Source: a virus
Reading direction: 5' to 3' (one strand)
IMG/VR virus record: IMGVR_UViG_3300045996_001561
Coordinates: 1-64,000 of that record
Length of the DNA stretch: 64,000 bases
Positions 60,514 to 64,000 of the stretch are shown here, in pieces (positions within the stretch are counted from its first letter, which is position 1; each line of letters starts with the position of its first letter). The translations under genes were made by a program, and so were the position numbers. The notes beneath the pieces are model-generated. The model searched no databases and was not told the origin of the DNA. It saw only the letters and a list, made by a program, of their open reading frames with translations.

Positions 60514-60872
60514 TAGTGATTGACCAGCAGGAGGACGTAGACCGAGCGGCGCTCGATGCCAGCCGTGGTGTTGGCGTCAAAGGCGATGAAGAGGATGCAC
60601 GGCTCATGCTTCGGGAGCAGAGAGGCGTCGATCTTCTGCGAGGCCACCTTCGTCGGAGCGTCATACCCGATGGGGGCCGACTTCGGATCGGGGTCGATGA
60701 CGGTTCCGTGGCGATAGTGGACGACGCTTGCCGTCATGCCGGGAATGAGGATCGTCGCTCCATCGCTGACCGCGCCCGACAGCCCCACGGTGACGTTGCG
60801 GTTCTCGGTCGAGATCATCTCGACCAGGGGTGGCTCTGTCGATCGACTCCCGGCCCACCAGAGTGTTGACAT
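60513..60872 (-). CDS. Small beta-rich virion-associated protein (last late gene)
   Basis: GGAG SD; follows the large repeat protein. Confidence 0.55.
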   Translation of the reverse strand: MSTLWWAGSRSTEPPLVEMISTENRNVTVGLSGAVSDGATILIPGMTASVVHYRHGTVIDPDPKSAPIGYDAPTKVASQKIDASLLPKHEPCILFIAFDANTTAGIERRSVYVLLLVNH

Positions 60873-60874
60873 GG

Positions 60875-63754
60875 CTAGTCTCCCGCCTCCACCGTCGTGC
60901 TGAACCCGACCCCCACCGCGCCGAGGGTTGCCCCCGATCCTACCACCACCGCATACCCCGACCCAGGCATGGGCGCTACCGGCGAACCCCCGGCCCCAAC
61001 CATCGGCGCTCCGCTTGGCACGGCATTCGTCACAATGGTGGCACTCTCGGCCTCGACAATCTCCTGGCTATCCGGAATCAGGATATAGACCCGAATGCTC
61101 ACCGCCTCGATCGATCCAAGGGTCGTGGCATCCACCGGCACCGGGTGCTGCGGTGGGAACCACGGTTCGGCGTAGGCGCTATCGGTGGTCTGGATCGTCT
61201 GGGCATCATTGACACGAATGGCATAGGTGACACCGATGGCATCCTGCGACCCGATCTCCTGGGTGTCCTGGGCCGATGCGGTGGCCTGGATCTGGCGCGT
61301 CTCGGATACGGCGATCGCCTGGGCATCCGTGGCCGACGTCGCAACGGCAATCCCTGTTGTTTCGTTCGACGCCACGCCCTGGATATCGACGCTGGCCTTG
61401 GTGGTGACCTTGAGAACGGAGGTACTGTCGGATGACGAGATTCCCTGCGCGTCGGTGCGTGTCTGAGCCGTGGCGAGTGCCGTTTGGTCTTGAGCGGACA
61501 GGGGCTGACTGTCAGGTGCGGGTATCGTCGCACCCAGCGCTACGCTCTCAGTCGCCTGCAGAGCGGTCGCGTCGACGGCCGACTTGGACGCTTCTCCTAC
61601 GGAGACTGACGCGGAATCTGACGATCCCAGCGATTGGCTGTCGGTTGCTGGGAGGGACGCCGCCACCGCAGTCGCTTCAGTGGCCTCCACGCTCTGGGAA
61701 TCGGTGGTGGAAATAGTCGCCGCGAGGGATGCGCTCTCGGTGTCAGCGAGCGATTGGGTATCGTCTGCGGCAATCGGTGACCCGACGAACGCGGCATCGC
61801 TTGACCCCATCGACTGTGCGTCGGATGCTGAAATGGTGGCGGTTGCGGTGGCGACGTCGCTCGACCCCAGATCCTGGGTATCCGGGGAAAGTACCGCTAC
61901 CGCGAGAACGGCATCGTCGGCAGACGAGAGCGCCCCGGCATCGTCGGCCGACTTCGACTCCTGATTGGAGAGAACCTCAACCGACGCACTCTCGCTATCG
62001 GCAACCCCTTGGGCATCGTCAGCACTCAGGGATGCGGTAAGGACGGCGCTCTCACTCGACGACACGTCCTGGGCATCTGCTGCCGTGAGCGTGACACCTG
62101 TCTGTGCCGTTTCCGCCTGCGTGATCGCCTGCGAATCGACTGCGTCCTGCAGCACCGACACGACGGAAGCGTCAGACGATCCCAGCGCCTGGGTATCGCT
62201 CTGGGTGAGTGCGGACGCGATGGCCGTCGCTTCCGTCTGACTGATCGCCTGCGTGTCGGCAGCAGAAAGCGTGGTGCTGATAGCGACCGCTTCTGACGAT
62301 CCGAGTGCCTGCGTATCATCAGCGGTGAGACTGGTTGCAAGCGTGGCGGATTCTGACGACCCCAGCGCCTGGGTGTCATCGGCGGTCTTGGCCTCAGTGG
62401 CGGCGACCGATGCACTCTCGGACTGGCTCAGGGATTGGCTGTCGGCAGCGGCAAGGGTCGCGGCGATGACGCCGGTATCGGTGGATCCAAGTGCCTGGGT
62501 GTCGGCCTGGGTTTGGGATGCCGCAATGGCCGTCGTTTCCGACGAGCCAAGGGACTGTGAGTCCGATCCGCTCTTGGCGGCGGTTTCGGCAATCGAGGCG
62601 GTTTCACTCGATCCGAGTGCCTGGGCGTCGTCGGCAGTCTTGGATGTTCCGGCTGAGAGTGTCGGATAGCCGTCGAAAAGGACGGTGCCACTGTTGTCGT
62701 AGAAGACACCAATATCACCGCCAGCGACGGTGATGGGCTGAATTTTGACGTTAGTGATATTGAGTCCGGACTTCCATGTCTGGTCAGTGCCGAATGTTCC
62801 CGACCCGTTGTCAACGTCGCGGAGGATCGTCGTCGCGTTGTTCGTATCCCAGAAGATGTGCGTCAGCGCACCCTCGGGAGCAACAGCGGGGATCTTTACC
62901 GGAACCTCAGTCGTGCTGACCGATCTATTGGTAAGTGTCGGCGCGGAAGTCGTGTCTGCCGAGACACATTCAACGGTTATGACGCCACCCGAACCACGAA
63001 CAGGGAAGACGATGACCGTGCTTCCCGAACGAGCAACGCGAGTCGGTGTCCCTGTGGCGTATCCGCTTGCCGCGCCGCCGTTGTAGGCGTATCCGCCGCT
63101 CGTACTGCTCAGTGACCCGCCCGACGTTATGTGGCGCTCGTAAATGGTGCTTGGGGCGCTAGAGGACTGTTCGTAGAGGCCGTGTACAACGTTGGAAACA
63201 CCCTCAACGCAACCGCGAAACCCGAAGTGTGCGGCGGTTGCGGCTGAGAACTGAACGGCAGACCCCCACGATCCCCCCGAAGGTCGCTCGACGTAATAGA
63301 CGGCGTTCTTCGACCCCATGCTGCTGAAGCTGCCGCTGAAGAAAATAAGCACATCACCGTTTGCGGTGACACAGATCCCCACGCCGGGAACACCAACTGC
63401 GCTCTCAACTTCGGGCAATTGATTGGGAGTTGTCTGCGTTCCCCACGTATCCGTCGCGCAGTCGAAGGGCCGATAGGCAACAACTCCCGACGACGCGAGG
63501 AACGCAACGTGGATCGTTGATCCGACAAGCACAGAGTCAAAGACGTTGTAGTTGCCTGAACCATCGACGGACGTGCCAGAATCGGCTTCGGCCCACGTCT
63601 GACCGCCATCGGTCGATTTCCAGACCATAATGCGGTTGTGGAAGCTGCTGCGAAAGACCCCGTAGAGGTTGCCGTTATATTCCCACGGCCCCGAACGCCC
63701 TGAACGATGGGAGGAAAAGAGGAAGTTCGCGCCAACTGTTCCCGGCCACGCCAT
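60875..63754 (-). CDS. Tail fibre/adhesin-like protein: Asp-box beta-propeller-like head plus ~21-24-aa repeat stalk
   Basis: WKSTDGGQTW Asp-box; more than 20 repeats like ADDTQALGSSESATLATSLT. Confidence 0.65.
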   Translation of the reverse strand: MAWPGTVGANFLFSSHRSGRSGPWEYNGNLYGVFRSSFHNRIMVWKSTDGGQTWAEADSGTSVDGSGNYNVFDSVLVGSTIHVAFLASSGVVAYRPFDCATDTWGTQTTPNQLPEVESAVGVPGVGICVTANGDVLIFFSGSFSSMGSKNAVYYVERPSGGSWGSAVQFSAATAAHFGFRGCVEGVSNVVHGLYEQSSSAPSTIYERHITSGGSLSSTSGGYAYNGGAASGYATGTPTRVARSGSTVIVFPVRGSGGVITVECVSADTTSAPTLTNRSVSTTEVPVKIPAVAPEGALTHIFWDTNNATTILRDVDNGSGTFGTDQTWKSGLNITNVKIQPITVAGGDIGVFYDNSGTVLFDGYPTLSAGTSKTADDAQALGSSETASIAETAAKSGSDSQSLGSSETTAIAASQTQADTQALGSTDTGVIAATLAAADSQSLSQSESASVAATEAKTADDTQALGSSESATLATSLTADDTQALGSSEAVAISTTLSAADTQAISQTEATAIASALTQSDTQALGSSDASVVSVLQDAVDSQAITQAETAQTGVTLTAADAQDVSSSESAVLTASLSADDAQGVADSESASVEVLSNQESKSADDAGALSSADDAVLAVAVLSPDTQDLGSSDVATATATISASDAQSMGSSDAAFVGSPIAADDTQSLADTESASLAATISTTDSQSVEATEATAVAASLPATDSQSLGSSDSASVSVGEASKSAVDATALQATESVALGATIPAPDSQPLSAQDQTALATAQTRTDAQGISSSDSTSVLKVTTKASVDIQGVASNETTGIAVATSATDAQAIAVSETRQIQATASAQDTQEIGSQDAIGVTYAIRVNDAQTIQTTDSAYAEPWFPPQHPVPVDATTLGSIEAVSIRVYILIPDSQEIVEAESATIVTNAVPSGAPMVGAGGSPVAPMPGSGYAVVVGSGATLGAVGVGFSTTVEAGD

Positions 63755-64000
63755 TAGCGAACGATCCCGTGGCCTCGGTGGATGTTGACGATGCGCTCGT
63801 TCGCGTTCTGGCCGGTCGTGCCGATCATGGTGATCCAGTCAGCCTCACTCCGGTACAGCCCTTCCGCCGCTTCTTCCGGCGTCAGTGTGGGCGACCAGGG
63901 CTGCGACGGATCGTACATGCTGATGAAGTGGACGACGCGGCTGCGGTCGGTCGGAGCGCACTCGTCACGGATCGCCGTCAGCATCGCCTGAACCTCTGCC
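63754..64000 (-). CDS. 3' part of upstream late gene (partial)
   Basis: Stop overlaps the ATG of the 959-aa gene; frame open to the window edge. Confidence 0.5.
   Translation of the reverse strand, partial: AEVQAMLTAIRDECAPTDRSRVVHFISMYDPSQPWSPTLTPEEAAEGLYRSEADWITMIGTTGQNANERIVNIHRGHGIVR

Noticed and set aside
61100-62660. DNA repeat array or diversity-generating retroelement template
   Set aside because: Repeats are degenerate at DNA level and conserved at protein level within one ORF; no reverse transcriptase was seen in the window.

Overview
The window is almost entirely one tailed-phage (siphovirus-type) genome of high GC content, apparently circularly permuted. A late operon on the minus strand (about 27.7 kb down to position 1) runs: HNH, ParB-like/DNA methyltransferase, TerS, TerL, portal, a promoter-bearing moron block, protease/scaffold, decoration protein, major capsid, head-tail genes, tail tube, chaperones, a 2659-aa tape measure and a partial LamG-like tail protein. 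It appears to resume at the right edge (64.0 to 60.5 kb, tail/adhesin genes). The mostly plus-strand early and middle region (27.8-60.5 kb) holds dozens of small genes, a ParB-like protein, an HTH replication initiator with internal iterons, a Twinkle/T7-gp4-like primase-helicase, a Methyltransf_16-like methyltransferase, VRR-NUC, ASCH, SWIM and several secreted proteins. One secreted protein resembles Thermomicrobiales (Chloroflexota) proteins, a tentative host clue. No integrase, DNA polymerase, tRNA or CRISPR array was recognised. Two features are the most striking and unexplained. (1) A ~1 kb segment next to the presumed packaging end has nearly every A and T in a TpA step, even inside genes. 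(2) About 26 near-consensus TTGACA-N17-extended -10 promoters occur across the genome, and about 13 of them are followed by a 5'-UTR hairpin with a variable stem but a conserved ACGGAA loop just upstream of the Shine-Dalgarno, which suggests a post-transcriptional regulon. All functional calls come from motif recognition by eye; no database searches were run.
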